Positions 1-9,534 of a DNA stretch of 30,018 nt are shown piece after piece (the first letter of the stretch is position 1; each line of letters starts with the position of its first letter). The DNA is from a virus (taxonomy: Duplodnaviria > Caudoviricetes), in the IMG/VR virus record IMGVR_UViG_3300020173_000039, positions 1 through 30,018 of that record; one strand, 5' to 3'. The notes beneath the pieces are model-generated. The model had not been told where the DNA came from. It saw only the letters and a list, made by a program, of their open reading frames with translations, and ran no database searches. Made by a program: the position numbers and the translations under genes.

Positions 1-6
1 TATGTC

Positions 7-50
7 CCCCACTTTTTCCACCTAAACCCCACCTAAATCCCACCCGTAAA
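7..50 (+). repeat. Degenerate ~11-bp-period tandem repeats (CCACCTAAA-like), candidate integrase arm-type sites
   Basis: CCACCTAAA at 18-26 and 29-37, CCACCCGTAAA at 40-50, degenerate copy at 7-17. Non-coding and next to a tRNA fragment. The arm-site role is inferred. Confidence 0.55.
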
Positions 51-186
51 TTTCTGCCTCTGAGAATTGGACGCAGCTATGCCTATGCCGCAAGGGTTTT
101 ACGGCTACCGTAATACGGCTGAATTTTCTGGGAAATTGTTTTACGGTGGGATTGCCTGGAGGGCAGGTATTTACTGAGGAAGCAAG

Positions 187-227
187 GGATTTGGAATCCG
201 CTGCTCTACCAACTGAGCTACTGGCCT
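187..227 (-). tRNA. Partial tRNA-Trp(CCA), 5' half only (att core, not a functional tRNA)
   Basis: Minus strand reads AGGCCAG-TA-GCTC-AGTTGGTA-GAGC-A-GCGGA-TTCCAAA-TCC: acceptor 5' strand, full D-arm, anticodon loop CCA. It then diverges (TCCCT instead of TCCGC), with no T-arm or 3' acceptor strand. Confidence 0.85.
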
Positions 228-237
228 AATGCACAGA

Positions 238-262
238 AACCATTCACTTTTTTGGAATGGTT
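238..262. promoter_or_regulatory. 8-bp inverted repeat AACCATTC-N9-GAATGGTT
   Basis: Perfect arms at 238-245 and 255-262 between the end of the late operon and the tRNA half. Function unknown (weak terminator or protein-binding site). Confidence 0.3.
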
Positions 263-322
263 AACTTAATAGTTCTACGGTAAAACATTAACTTATTACG
301 GCAGGTTTTACGGTTAACTTAT

Positions 323-2446
323 TTAGTCCAACAAACTTTGAACTGCAGCCCTTGTACCCCCCATGCGCTCTGCTCTGCCCAGGTTATAGTAGTTTCTCAT
401 CTGCTGGGCTAACTCGACATCATTTAGCAGGCCCATTGTATTGTCAAGTCCACTACCGTAAAACTGTGGCCCAAAAGCTTCGGCAACTCGCTTCGCTTCC
501 CTGGTCTGCATTACGTTGCTGAGGTCACGCATACGCCCAAGGAAGTTAGTACCTTGAATGGCTTCATCCAATGGGCTTGGGTCAACTAAATTGTCTGCAG
601 CCATTGACTGCATCTGCTGGGTGTTGCGTGTAGCATCTCCAATGGTCGAGATGTAGCTCTTGCTTCTACGAGCTTCCACTAGCACTGATTCCCAGTAGCG
701 TGCGAATTGCTCAGGGCTATCAAACAAAATTTCTATGCGCTCCTTAAGGCTCTTCTTGTCAATGTAGCGTGCAATGTTCCCCTTAGTGGCTGAGTCACTT
801 ATCTTGGGGTCGAGGTAGGCATTAAACTCCCTGACAAAGCCAGCACGGTATGCGTCTTTCTCCACATCATTTAATTTATTGAAGTCATCACGCATAATCT
901 CTGGGCGTGCCCGATAGAAATCCTTCTTTGCTTGTGAAGCTACTTCTTCCAGCCTGCGAGAGTCAAAGCCTTGGCCCCTGAGCTCACCATATCTAGGTAC
1001 AGCTGTATCTGCCTGCTCCATCAGCCTACGTCTATAGGTTCCTAAGCTTTCTGCCTCATCCATATCCCCAGCTCGTAGGGCCTTGCGCTCCTCGCCAGAT
1101 AAGCCTCTACGTGCGGTCTCCACCATGCGCAAGTTCATGTTCCCAGCGAAATCACCAGGGTCAGGGTTGCCTCTGCGGCTAGTCTCCCTATTGCGTGCAG
1201 CTTGGTAGTACTCAGCCATCCTTGGGTCAGCATCCAGTAGCTGCCTAAGCTCAGGGTTCAGCCCCTCTGGCAAACCCATGTCCATGACTTTCTGGTACTC
1301 AGGGTTCAGCTGCTCCTTGCGCAAAGCTGCCTGCTCACGTGCAAAGACTTGGGGGTCTTTGCCAGCTGTGAGCTGCTCTTCCAGCTTGGCTTGCATCCTT
1401 GGCCCCTGTTGGAGCTGTCTGCCTTCCAAAGCTCGTTGGGCTATGTCTGCTTGCTCTCCAGGTGTCGAGTAAAGTGTCTTGGCAAAGCGCTGGGTGTTGA
1501 CTCCCCCGATATCTACTGGGAGCACTTCCTCAGCTCCTGCGGCAGCTGCTTGCCTTTGTGCCTCAGCTCTTGCCATGTCCACGGTAATGCGGTCTTCACT
1601 CAGAGCATCCCCAAACTTGCTCAACCCCTGGAAGTAGGGGTCATATTCTCCTTTGTTGACTAACCCTGAGCCAGCAGGAGGCTGAGGGGGCATGCCAGCC
1701 CCTCCAGCTCCTGCCCCTGGCATCAGCTTACGCATGGCAGCATCTCCACCACGGGCCACCCCCTCGACTACTGGCCCTAGCACAGGCCCTGCAGCCATTG
1801 TGATTAGGGTATCTCTGGCAGTGTTCTGCCCTACATCCTCATCACCTTGGTTGGCGTAGTATGTGCCTGCAGTTACTGGCGTAACGATACCAGCCTCACC
1901 AGCTCTACGAGCGGCATTGCCAACAAACTGCCCTTTTACTGGGTTGAGTGCTGGCAAAAACTTATTGACTAATTGCCCTTCCAGCTGCCCAGTTTTTAAG
2001 GCTCCAGTAGCCTGAGCTAGTGTGCTTTGTCCAGGCAGCACTTGCTGCATGTTCTCACGCTCTGCCCGAATGTCTCCACGTATGTTCTCAAAGTCTCGAC
2101 TTCTCAGCTGCCCATCCTCAATACTCAGGCCACTACTGAGAAACCTTGCAGCCATGCCTGCCATGCCTGGAGCGCCTGAGCCCATCATTCTCACTAGTGC
2201 TTCCAGTGGCTCTGCAAAGCCTAGTGTGCGTCCATCCAGCTGCTCACGTAGCGTACCAATGGCTCTGTCTACCATAGACTTATCTGGGCGAGTCATCTGG
2301 GACTCTATACGCCTACGGACTGCCTCTTCAAAGCTAGCTCTCGTATGATTATTGAGCTCAAGCTCAGCATCGATGACCTCATTACTGAAGCCTTCCGCTG
2401 CCAGCTGGCTAACGTATCGTAGAAGCTCTTCTAAGTTATCCATCAT
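323..2446 (-). CDS. Large putative internal virion / DNA-ejection protein
   Basis: 707 aa, Ala/Gly-rich N-terminal half and helical charged C-terminal half. Last gene of the structural operon, where podoviruses encode ejection proteins. Confidence 0.6.
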   Translation of the reverse strand: MMDNLEELLRYVSQLAAEGFSNEVIDAELELNNHTRASFEEAVRRRIESQMTRPDKSMVDRAIGTLREQLDGRTLGFAEPLEALVRMMGSGAPGMAGMAARFLSSGLSIEDGQLRSRDFENIRGDIRAERENMQQVLPGQSTLAQATGALKTGQLEGQLVNKFLPALNPVKGQFVGNAARRAGEAGIVTPVTAGTYYANQGDEDVGQNTARDTLITMAAGPVLGPVVEGVARGGDAAMRKLMPGAGAGGAGMPPQPPAGSGLVNKGEYDPYFQGLSKFGDALSEDRITVDMARAEAQRQAAAAGAEEVLPVDIGGVNTQRFAKTLYSTPGEQADIAQRALEGRQLQQGPRMQAKLEEQLTAGKDPQVFAREQAALRKEQLNPEYQKVMDMGLPEGLNPELRQLLDADPRMAEYYQAARNRETSRRGNPDPGDFAGNMNLRMVETARRGLSGEERKALRAGDMDEAESLGTYRRRLMEQADTAVPRYGELRGQGFDSRRLEEVASQAKKDFYRARPEIMRDDFNKLNDVEKDAYRAGFVREFNAYLDPKISDSATKGNIARYIDKKSLKERIEILFDSPEQFARYWESVLVEARRSKSYISTIGDATRNTQQMQSMAADNLVDPSPLDEAIQGTNFLGRMRDLSNVMQTREAKRVAEAFGPQFYGSGLDNTMGLLNDVELAQQMRNYYNLGRAERMGGTRAAVQSLLD

Positions 2447-3942
2447 TGCCCGTAGTTAAGTTGCGACTGCTTTCTTTCTCGCTCTTCCCTTGCTCTCTGC
2501 AGTGCTGGGGAGCCTGTTTTGATTCCACCCGTAGCTCCTGCTCTGCCAGCTTGTCCTTGTGGGGTTACTAGTGGGTCAAGGTTCAGCGTGCCAATTGATG
2601 AGGCTGCATATGTACCTTGGAATAATTGCTCAGGGTTGTGGTTCAGCTTGCGTGCGTTGAGGATGAACTCCTGTTGCATCCGCTCACGCAACGCTTCCAA
2701 GCGTTTGAGCATGGACGTAGTGCTCTGGAACGTCCACCCCGTTGGGTCAGCAACGGCCTTGTTCAAGATATCCATGTCAGGCCCAGTGATCGCACCTAAC
2801 TCGTACTGGGTTTTAAGGTTCATCAGAAGCTCAATGTAACGAGCCTGCAGCTCTGCCAACTCTTCGCTTTTGAATATCGTGTTGACTTTCGTGTTGGCCC
2901 CAAAAACCCCTAGAAATTTTTGTTTCTCTGTAATCTGGTCTGCTAAGGCTCCCACCAAGTTTATGCCAATGCCTGCACCATATACTTTTGTGTCAGCTTT
3001 TTCGTTAGGCTTGAAAATTAGACCCTTACCATCTGCTGCTTTGGTGTAGCTTCCGCCAGCTGGGAGGAGCGTGCCATCGGGACGATACCAAAGCCCATCC
3101 TTGCCTTTTGTAGCTGGAAGGTTTTTGTAGGTAATCGTGCCATTGTTGCTAATCTTCATCCCTTCATCTTCTGTAGGCTTCATGCTCTCACGCATAGCCT
3201 TGATGTAGTCGAGGGCAGCGTTGACGCTCTGCCCTCGCTGAAGCATGGACATAGCTGTTTGCTTGACGTTCCCTGTGGTGTCCCAAGGGGCCTGGATGGT
3301 GCTGGCAAACATCTGCAAGTCTACCGTTTTGTCTGCACCCTTGGCCTCAGCTCCATACTTATCCAGCCAGCTTTTTGCTGCCTCATAGCCAGCTTTGACG
3401 TTTTCACCAGAGTTGCCAATGATCTCCATTGCCAAATTCTGCAGCTCCGGTTCAAAGCCCTGCTTTTGCATGAAGGCCTGCAAGGCTTGTGTGGTTTTGT
3501 TCCTGTCCCTCTCGTTGCGGATTTCCCCTAGCTCTGTAGCTGCAGCGCTTGGGTTGAGCAGGCTCTGTGCAATCAGTAGCCTTTCCTGCTCTTCTGGTAG
3601 CCCTAGCCCCTGCAGCTGCTCACGTAGCATCTGCTGCTGTTGCTGCTCCTTGCTCTGAGCTCGTTGAGGCCCTTGCATCTCAAACTGCATCTTCCTAATT
3701 TGAGCCATCTTGTAGAGGTTCTCCAGCTCCTGCTTCTTACGCTCAGACTCCATCTGCGCCTGCTGCAGTCTTGTCTGCTGGTACGCTCCATAGCCCTGGC
3801 CTGCGCCAGTGATGGCATCACGCAGGAAATCAGCACCTGTGACTCCACGGCTATTGACTAGCCCTAGCCCAGCTCCAAATAGAGCCATCTTGGCTGGATC
3901 TTCGTACAAGCTGGTATCGTCATCTAGTAAGCCAAAAAGCAT
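2443..3942 (-). CDS. Putative internal virion / ejection protein
   Basis: 499 aa; N-terminal GLLDDD, Gly/Ala hydrophobic segment, Gln-rich coiled coil; overlaps the next gene by ATGA. Confidence 0.6.
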   Translation of the reverse strand: MLFGLLDDDTSLYEDPAKMALFGAGLGLVNSRGVTGADFLRDAITGAGQGYGAYQQTRLQQAQMESERKKQELENLYKMAQIRKMQFEMQGPQRAQSKEQQQQQMLREQLQGLGLPEEQERLLIAQSLLNPSAAATELGEIRNERDRNKTTQALQAFMQKQGFEPELQNLAMEIIGNSGENVKAGYEAAKSWLDKYGAEAKGADKTVDLQMFASTIQAPWDTTGNVKQTAMSMLQRGQSVNAALDYIKAMRESMKPTEDEGMKISNNGTITYKNLPATKGKDGLWYRPDGTLLPAGGSYTKAADGKGLIFKPNEKADTKVYGAGIGINLVGALADQITEKQKFLGVFGANTKVNTIFKSEELAELQARYIELLMNLKTQYELGAITGPDMDILNKAVADPTGWTFQSTTSMLKRLEALRERMQQEFILNARKLNHNPEQLFQGTYAASSIGTLNLDPLVTPQGQAGRAGATGGIKTGSPALQRAREERERKQSQLNYGQ

Positions 3943-3943
3943 A

Positions 3944-4720
3944 TTACCTCGACAATGCGTTTCTAATTCTGCGTTGCTCAGCCATCATTCTTGCGTCTAA
4001 ATCCTGCCCTCGCTTGACTCTACCCCTAGTGCTATTGTCTAGATAGCGAGACATGTTCTGGAGTTCCTCAATTGGTTTTGCAAACCCTTTTGGAGGCAAT
4101 GGCTGCACCGTGGCTTCCTCTTCAGCAAAGCCTTGCGGAGCCATCTGCCCCCCAAGCAGCCCCTCTGGTTGCCGATACATGCCATCCATGATTTTCACAC
4201 TAGTACTATTAGCTCCAGGTTGTGGGCTCATTTTCCGTAGCTGTTGATACTCTGGGTAGTCACTGGATTTGTATGGGTTGTACATATCTTGTGCTCCAGT
4301 GCTAGGCCTTGGTGAGGCCTCATAAGCTCCCTGCACTGCATCCATGATCCTAGGACGCTTACGCTGGAAGAGCTGCTTAATACTACTATCTGGCATAGCC
4401 TGCACAGCCATTGCCTCAGCAGTAGGGTCATAAGCTTGCGGTGCTGGTTGGTTCAGCTCCATGTACTCAGCTGTAGGATCATAGCCAGCGTAGGGGTCAG
4501 GTGCTTCATCCAGCAACCCACGTAAGTAGCCATAGCCATCTGCTACCTTATCGATGACATAGTCATCATAGGGCCCATCTATGTAGCCCTTCATGGTCTC
4601 CCTATCTGGCAACATGTTGCTCAGGTAGTCCATCCCCTGCCCCATGTAGCCCTTGTACTCTTTGACCACTGGGTCTGAATTGAAATCATCCAGTAGCCCA
4701 CTAAAGTAATTACCAAACAT
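3944..4720 (-). CDS. Hypothetical low-complexity protein, likely virion-internal
   Basis: 258 aa, Pro/Tyr/Asp-rich, three GLL motifs, duplicated YDPTAE; lies between ejection-type genes. Confidence 0.55.
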   Translation of the reverse strand: MFGNYFSGLLDDFNSDPVVKEYKGYMGQGMDYLSNMLPDRETMKGYIDGPYDDYVIDKVADGYGYLRGLLDEAPDPYAGYDPTAEYMELNQPAPQAYDPTAEAMAVQAMPDSSIKQLFQRKRPRIMDAVQGAYEASPRPSTGAQDMYNPYKSSDYPEYQQLRKMSPQPGANSTSVKIMDGMYRQPEGLLGGQMAPQGFAEEEATVQPLPPKGFAKPIEELQNMSRYLDNSTRGRVKRGQDLDARMMAEQRRIRNALSR

Positions 4721-4731
4721 ATGTTGCTCCG

Positions 4732-7635
4732 TTAAACCATGCCAAAGCCACCAAAGCCACCAAAGCCACCCAGTGGCCCAAGCTTCAAACCAGTGCCTAC
4801 TACATTCCCGTTAGGCAAAGTAAATTGCTTGTTAGAGCTAATGGGTTGCGCTTGTTGTGTCGCGTTGTTCAATGCCCCACTTATTGCCCCACCAAAGCCT
4901 CCAGCTCCAGAGCCAAATAAGCCTCCAGCCAAGCCAGAAGCCTTGCCAGCTAGTGGGGGGCTTACATTTTGGCTAATTACTTGAGCAGGAGGCCTCAATA
5001 ATGGGCCTCCTGTTTGAGGCTGCCCTATTTTTCTGCCACCTCCTCCTCCACCAGCTTGGAAATTGGCGCTATTGGGTAATGAGGGGAACCCATTTACTGC
5101 GCTAGGTGCTGCTACCCTGCCTCCACCTCTGCCTCCAGAGCTCCCACTAGGGCCTCCTTGATAGTTTGTGCTTGGGTTGGTTGTGGTTGCAGTTCTTTCG
5201 GTAGGTGAATCACCCAATAACTTGCCTAGCCCTGCAAAGCTATTGTTGTCATTGACTCCCAGCAGACCCATACCTGCACCAGCGGCAGCTCCCCAAGGGT
5301 TGCCTGTTGCCAAGAAGCCACTAAGGCCTCCACCTATCATTGCAGCCAATGGGTTGCGGCTACCTCCACCTCCACCTCCACCAGCTGGAGCTCCTGTTGC
5401 TGTGGCGTTGGCAATGCCTAAGCCCAGTTGCCCTCCACGGTTGAGGTTGTCCAAGTACGTGGCAGGGAAGGCTTGCTCGTTCTGGTATTGCTCGTAGTCA
5501 AAGTCCAATTGCTGCTGGTTGCGTTGGTCTTGGTATTGGCCTACTGCCAGCTGGTCTAGCAGCTGCTGACGTTGAGTAGCATCTAGGTTCTGCCCCATCT
5601 GGCCCATGTTGTTTGCCCCTGTGAGGGCATCACTGAGGGCACTCTGGCGGAATTTCTCAGCCAAGCGGCTTTGGTCTAGTAGCCTATCCTGCTGTTGGTT
5701 GAAGCTATCCGCTCCTAAGTTCTGAGCCTGGAGCTGCGCAGCTGCATTGTTGTTGAGGATGGTTTGCAGATTCGATGCAGTCAGGTTCTGGCCTTGTAAA
5801 GCCCCTTGGTTTTGCAGCTGCTGCATTAGGTTGTAGGAGTCTGCCCCAAGGTTCTGTGCCTGCATCCCAGACTGTACGCCCAAGTTCTGTGCTTGCAGCT
5901 GGCTCTGTAGTTGCCTCTGGGCAGCAGTATCATAACTCTGCTGGTTGAGGTTCCGTATCTGCTGAAGGTCTGCTGCAGTTAAGCTCTGGCCCTGCAGAGC
6001 TCGTTGCTGCATGAGCTGGTTAGCAGCCTCTCTTGCTTGTGCGGTCAGCTGTTGCCCCTGCATGCCACTTTGAGCCATCAGCTGCTGAGCTTGGTTCGCA
6101 CTCTGAGCTGTGAGGTTTTGGCCCTGCAATGCTGCCTGTGCCTGCAGCTGTTGTGTCTGGAGGTCTCCTTGTTGCCCTAGCTGCTGTGACTGCAGCTGTG
6201 ACCGCAAGGAAGCGTCACGAGCTGCCTGCAAGTCTCCAGCTGTTAAGCTCTGCCCTTGCAAGGCTCCTTGCGTCCCTAACTGTTGTGTCTGCTGTTGAGC
6301 CTCAGCTGTCAGCCCTAGCCTTTGTGCTCTGTCCTGGCTGGCTAGTTGTGCTGCCGTGTTGAATCCTTGCTGCCTCATTTGAGAACTAAGCCTGCCAGCT
6401 TGCTCTAAATAATTTTTAAAATTCTGAGCTTCTAATTGACCTTGCCTGGAGCCTCCCAGGGCTCCAGCGGCAATGGCTTGGGCATCTGTCTGCTGGTCTG
6501 CCAGCATACGAGCTCTGTTGAGGTCTTCCAGGCTGGCATCAATGACGCTCTGGTTGTAGGGGTTCTGGTATTGGTTGAGGTCTTGCGCAAAGGTGTTGCC
6601 ACTCTGGTAGTCCCTGGCCTGAGCATCTACTGCATTGCCATATTGCTGCCCCTCAAACTGTAAGGCATCTCCAGAGCGATCCCTACCTGTGGAGGCAATC
6701 GCTGCAGGGTTGAAGCTGCTCCCTTCAAAATTTTGTCCAGTGTACCTCTCAGGAGCCACGTTGGCCCCTGCAGGGTTGTACGTAGTAGCATTGAATTGCT
6801 GAGCTCCTGCTGTTGGCCCAGCTTGGACATCCATGCCTGAGTAGTTTCTGGAGCCTGCATTGGAAGCATTGGTGAAGTTCCGCTCTGTCTGGGGCCCTAC
6901 TGGCGCATAACTTTGGGCATCTGCAATGTTGCTGTTGAAGCTGCTATTCTCAGCCTTTCCGGTAAGCCTGTTTGTCAGGTCATAAGCTCCTTGAATATTG
7001 GAGCCCTGCTGGTTGTAGAGTGCATTCTCTGCAGCTGTGGTTCTGTCACTAGGAGCTGCAAAGCGATCCCCTTCAAATGCCTGGAATTCACTAGGTAGAT
7101 TACTGGCGTAGTTTGCGCTCTGGTTCGCTAGGTTGCGTAGGCTCTGGAGGACTTCTGCACCTCCCCCAGCTCCTCCCCCAGCTCCTCCACCCATTAGGCC
7201 ACCCAAAGCACCTCCCAGTGCTTCCACTAAGTCTTTGCCTGCATCCAAGCCTGACTGCACAGCCTTACCCACATCCGTAGGAAGGTCTTGAATCCCAGCT
7301 AAATTCCCCCTGAGAATCCCCTCGACAGTATTGTTTAGGCCTTTGATATTGCCAGCAGTTAACCCGTATAACGGTGTGCCCTTTAAGGGTTCGGCATAGG
7401 CATCTACTATGGAATTTTGTAACGAGTTGGTAGTGGCATACATGTCAGAGGTTAAATTGACTCCAGCGGAAGACATGTCTCGCAACCCAGTGAGGTCACC
7501 AGAGAGGACACTACGTCCTCCCCCAATAAACTGATTCCCTCTATTTTGCAGGTTGCCTACTGCACTGTTAGCAGCATTTTCCAAGCTTTTGCCTACGTTG
7601 CTAATGCTTTTGGTTACACTGTCAAATAGTCCCAT
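4732..7635 (-). CDS. Gln/Gly/Ala-rich putative DNA-ejection (pilot-like) protein
   Basis: 967 aa; YQNPYNQSVID..., GALGGSRQG and DFDYEQY segments typical of podophage ejection proteins; central LQGQ(S/N)LTA repeats; Gly-rich hydrophobic C-terminus. Confidence 0.65.
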   Translation of the reverse strand: MGLFDSVTKSISNVGKSLENAANSAVGNLQNRGNQFIGGGRSVLSGDLTGLRDMSSAGVNLTSDMYATTNSLQNSIVDAYAEPLKGTPLYGLTAGNIKGLNNTVEGILRGNLAGIQDLPTDVGKAVQSGLDAGKDLVEALGGALGGLMGGGAGGGAGGGAEVLQSLRNLANQSANYASNLPSEFQAFEGDRFAAPSDRTTAAENALYNQQGSNIQGAYDLTNRLTGKAENSSFNSNIADAQSYAPVGPQTERNFTNASNAGSRNYSGMDVQAGPTAGAQQFNATTYNPAGANVAPERYTGQNFEGSSFNPAAIASTGRDRSGDALQFEGQQYGNAVDAQARDYQSGNTFAQDLNQYQNPYNQSVIDASLEDLNRARMLADQQTDAQAIAAGALGGSRQGQLEAQNFKNYLEQAGRLSSQMRQQGFNTAAQLASQDRAQRLGLTAEAQQQTQQLGTQGALQGQSLTAGDLQAARDASLRSQLQSQQLGQQGDLQTQQLQAQAALQGQNLTAQSANQAQQLMAQSGMQGQQLTAQAREAANQLMQQRALQGQSLTAADLQQIRNLNQQSYDTAAQRQLQSQLQAQNLGVQSGMQAQNLGADSYNLMQQLQNQGALQGQNLTASNLQTILNNNAAAQLQAQNLGADSFNQQQDRLLDQSRLAEKFRQSALSDALTGANNMGQMGQNLDATQRQQLLDQLAVGQYQDQRNQQQLDFDYEQYQNEQAFPATYLDNLNRGGQLGLGIANATATGAPAGGGGGGGSRNPLAAMIGGGLSGFLATGNPWGAAAGAGMGLLGVNDNNSFAGLGKLLGDSPTERTATTTNPSTNYQGGPSGSSGGRGGGRVAAPSAVNGFPSLPNSANFQAGGGGGGRKIGQPQTGGPLLRPPAQVISQNVSPPLAGKASGLAGGLFGSGAGGFGGAISGALNNATQQAQPISSNKQFTLPNGNVVGTGLKLGPLGGFGGFGGFGMV

Positions 7636-7641
7636 TGTGCC

Positions 7642-7848
7642 TCATAGTGCGGTAGTGCTTAGTACACCAGCATCATCCACGGTGAGCTTGTACTTTGTTT
7701 TGTTGGGGCTCACTAGCACGAGCCGATTGCCATCTACAACAATATCTTGGTTGGTAGTGTAGCGATTGCGGAGCTCTATGCTTAGTCTGTCGAAAGCTCT
7801 GGAGAACCAGTTGCGGTCATAATTATTGGGAGGTGTGCCTAAAATCAT
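7642..7848 (-). CDS. Small virion protein downstream of the nozzle
   Basis: Start moved to ATG 7848 (ATGA overlap with the upstream stop). 68 aa ending LVLVSPNKTKYKLTVDDAGVLST, a motif seen in phage tail proteins. Confidence 0.55.
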   Translation of the reverse strand: MILGTPPNNYDRNWFSRAFDRLSIELRNRYTTNQDIVVDGNRLVLVSPNKTKYKLTVDDAGVLSTTAL

Positions 7849-9401
7849 CTTGTCCCTCCAGGTTGAACTTCCAGCCTCTGCTTCCCTAGTGTCCACTCCT
7901 CACTAATGGGGGCAGCGACTTTCATACGGAGCTGCCTGCCCTGCCAACGTAAGTCTATGGCTCCATCAGCCTGTGGAGTGTATGGCCCCTTGGTAGTCTC
8001 TGTCCCATCCGCACTGGAGCTCGTGTAGAACGTGAATTGTGGATAGCTCCCAGCTGTGCCCTGCTTCTCCAGGTCATGCCAGATACGAGTAACTCTAGCT
8101 AGCCTTTGGCCTACCTCTATCTCGTAGGCTCCTGTTTCAGCATAGGTCTCTACTGTCCCATCATCTGCCAAAGTTCTGTCTACTTCATGGGCCCAAATAT
8201 ATGTATCTCCGTTGCTATCGGGCCCTACTGCTATTGGGAACACGTAAGCCTCTTCTTCCATGAATGCATCACGGCTGAGTGTGCCCATGCTCCAAGTGTT
8301 GTTTCTCGTGCCCCAAAGGATGTAGGCATCTGGTCTTGCATCTGCGCTTCCCTCACTGCAGTAAAACCAGACAACCTCTCCATATTCTCTAATGCTGCCA
8401 GCTGCCACTAGTGTCCCTCGCTGCATGTTGATGTCTGCCAGGAAGGTCTCCAGTATTGGGCATGGTAAGGGTGTGACATTCCCGTCATATTGCCAGAATC
8501 CGTCTGTTGCTAGCCATACTGTGCGCTCTGCTATCTGCTGGATGCAGGCAGAGCTCACTGGGCCACAAGCCTCAGCCAGTGACTCTAAACCATAGATGAA
8601 AGGGGGGCCCAAGTAAGAAAGGAGGTGTACGTCAACGGAGCTGAAGACTAAAATCCCTGCACGCACCTTCTTCGCAGCCATCAGAAAGCCCTTGGTGCTT
8701 ACCTCTAAATCACCAGCTTCGGTTGGGTTTTGGGTTGTGCTTGTGAATACCGTGTAGTCCTCGCTTGCGCTCCACCTCAGCTTGCGTGTGATGCCATCAG
8801 CCCCAAACAGCAGGAGGTAGCGCTCAGCTGTGACAATCAGTCCACGAGCTCTTAGGGGATCACTATCGGTAGTAATGATATCCAGCACATCTCCAGCGGA
8901 AGCAGTAACAGGGTTGTACAAATAAACTTTACCATCCCCCTCCTTCATGCAGATGAGGGCATCTCCCCAGTTGTCCATGCTCCATCTGGCAAAGTCTGTA
9001 AAGATGAACGTCAAGCCTCCTAAGCCTGCGGCTGCATTGTAGTCGTAGGAGCCTCCGTAGACATCCCCTCCATAGCCAGGGCCAATGTTGAAGGTCTGGC
9101 TGGTGTTAAGCCCAACCGGAGTGATGGTAGTGAGGGTATTCTCAACAATGCTTATCAGATAAACTTGGTCAGCTGTAGCGATTGCTAGATACCTGCGCCC
9201 ATTGGATGCTGTCCAAAAATGCATCCCCAGAGCTGGGCCAGATAGTGTGGTCGTAAACATCTTGCGCCAAGGCTTCCACGGCTTGAGACGGTTCTCATGC
9301 CAGCGGATGAGGTTACCTCGTACCCACTGGGCTCCAACTTCGTAATCAGTCCCGTCTGAAAAGCCTGGTGATATTTGAATAGGTACTAGGGATTTTGGCA
9401 T
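7845..9401 (-). CDS. Tail nozzle / packaged-DNA stabilisation protein (P22 gp10-like)
   Basis: 518 aa, beta-rich; WSMDNWGD, LRWSASEDY, FWQYDG, EVVWFY motifs; directly upstream of the ejection proteins. Confidence 0.7.
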   Translation of the reverse strand: MPKSLVPIQISPGFSDGTDYEVGAQWVRGNLIRWHENRLKPWKPWRKMFTTTLSGPALGMHFWTASNGRRYLAIATADQVYLISIVENTLTTITPVGLNTSQTFNIGPGYGGDVYGGSYDYNAAAGLGGLTFIFTDFARWSMDNWGDALICMKEGDGKVYLYNPVTASAGDVLDIITTDSDPLRARGLIVTAERYLLLFGADGITRKLRWSASEDYTVFTSTTQNPTEAGDLEVSTKGFLMAAKKVRAGILVFSSVDVHLLSYLGPPFIYGLESLAEACGPVSSACIQQIAERTVWLATDGFWQYDGNVTPLPCPILETFLADINMQRGTLVAAGSIREYGEVVWFYCSEGSADARPDAYILWGTRNNTWSMGTLSRDAFMEEEAYVFPIAVGPDSNGDTYIWAHEVDRTLADDGTVETYAETGAYEIEVGQRLARVTRIWHDLEKQGTAGSYPQFTFYTSSSADGTETTKGPYTPQADGAIDLRWQGRQLRMKVAAPISEEWTLGKQRLEVQPGGTR

Positions 9402-9534
9402 CTGCTTTCTTATTCTTGTACATACGATAGGCAGCTAAACCAGCTGCTACGGCTGGGAGCCCTGCAGCTGTGGCAACCAGCTCCAAGGAGCCACTTGCGG
9501 CTAGTTCATCTGCAAGCACTAGTAGTGATTCCAT
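9346..9534 (-). CDS. Small putative membrane protein (lysis block)
   Basis: 62 aa with an Ala/Leu hydrophobic stretch followed by a basic tail; coupled to the upstream stop. Confidence 0.45.
   Translation of the reverse strand: MESLLVLADELAASGSLELVATAAGLPAVAAGLAAYRMYKNKKADAKIPSTYSNITRLFRRD

Larger units (their letters stand above)
1..322. mobile_element. Putative phage attachment site (attP) region
   Basis: Non-coding, contains a half tRNA (187-227), eight TACGG/CCGTA copies (44,100,108,114,142,276,297,309) on both sides of it, and TTAACTTA at 261, 288, 314. No integrase in the window. Confidence 0.7.

Noticed and set aside
150-227. Complete functional tRNA-Trp gene
   Set aside because: The anticodon stem cannot close and no T-loop or 3' acceptor strand follows.
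7-321. CRISPR array or mini-array
   Set aside because: Repeats are only 5-11 bp and irregularly spaced, with no repeat-spacer structure.
4741-4770. 9-bp tandem repeat CCAAAGCCA x3
   Set aside because: It simply encodes the GGFGGFGGFG C-terminus of the 967-aa protein and is in frame, so not phase-variable.
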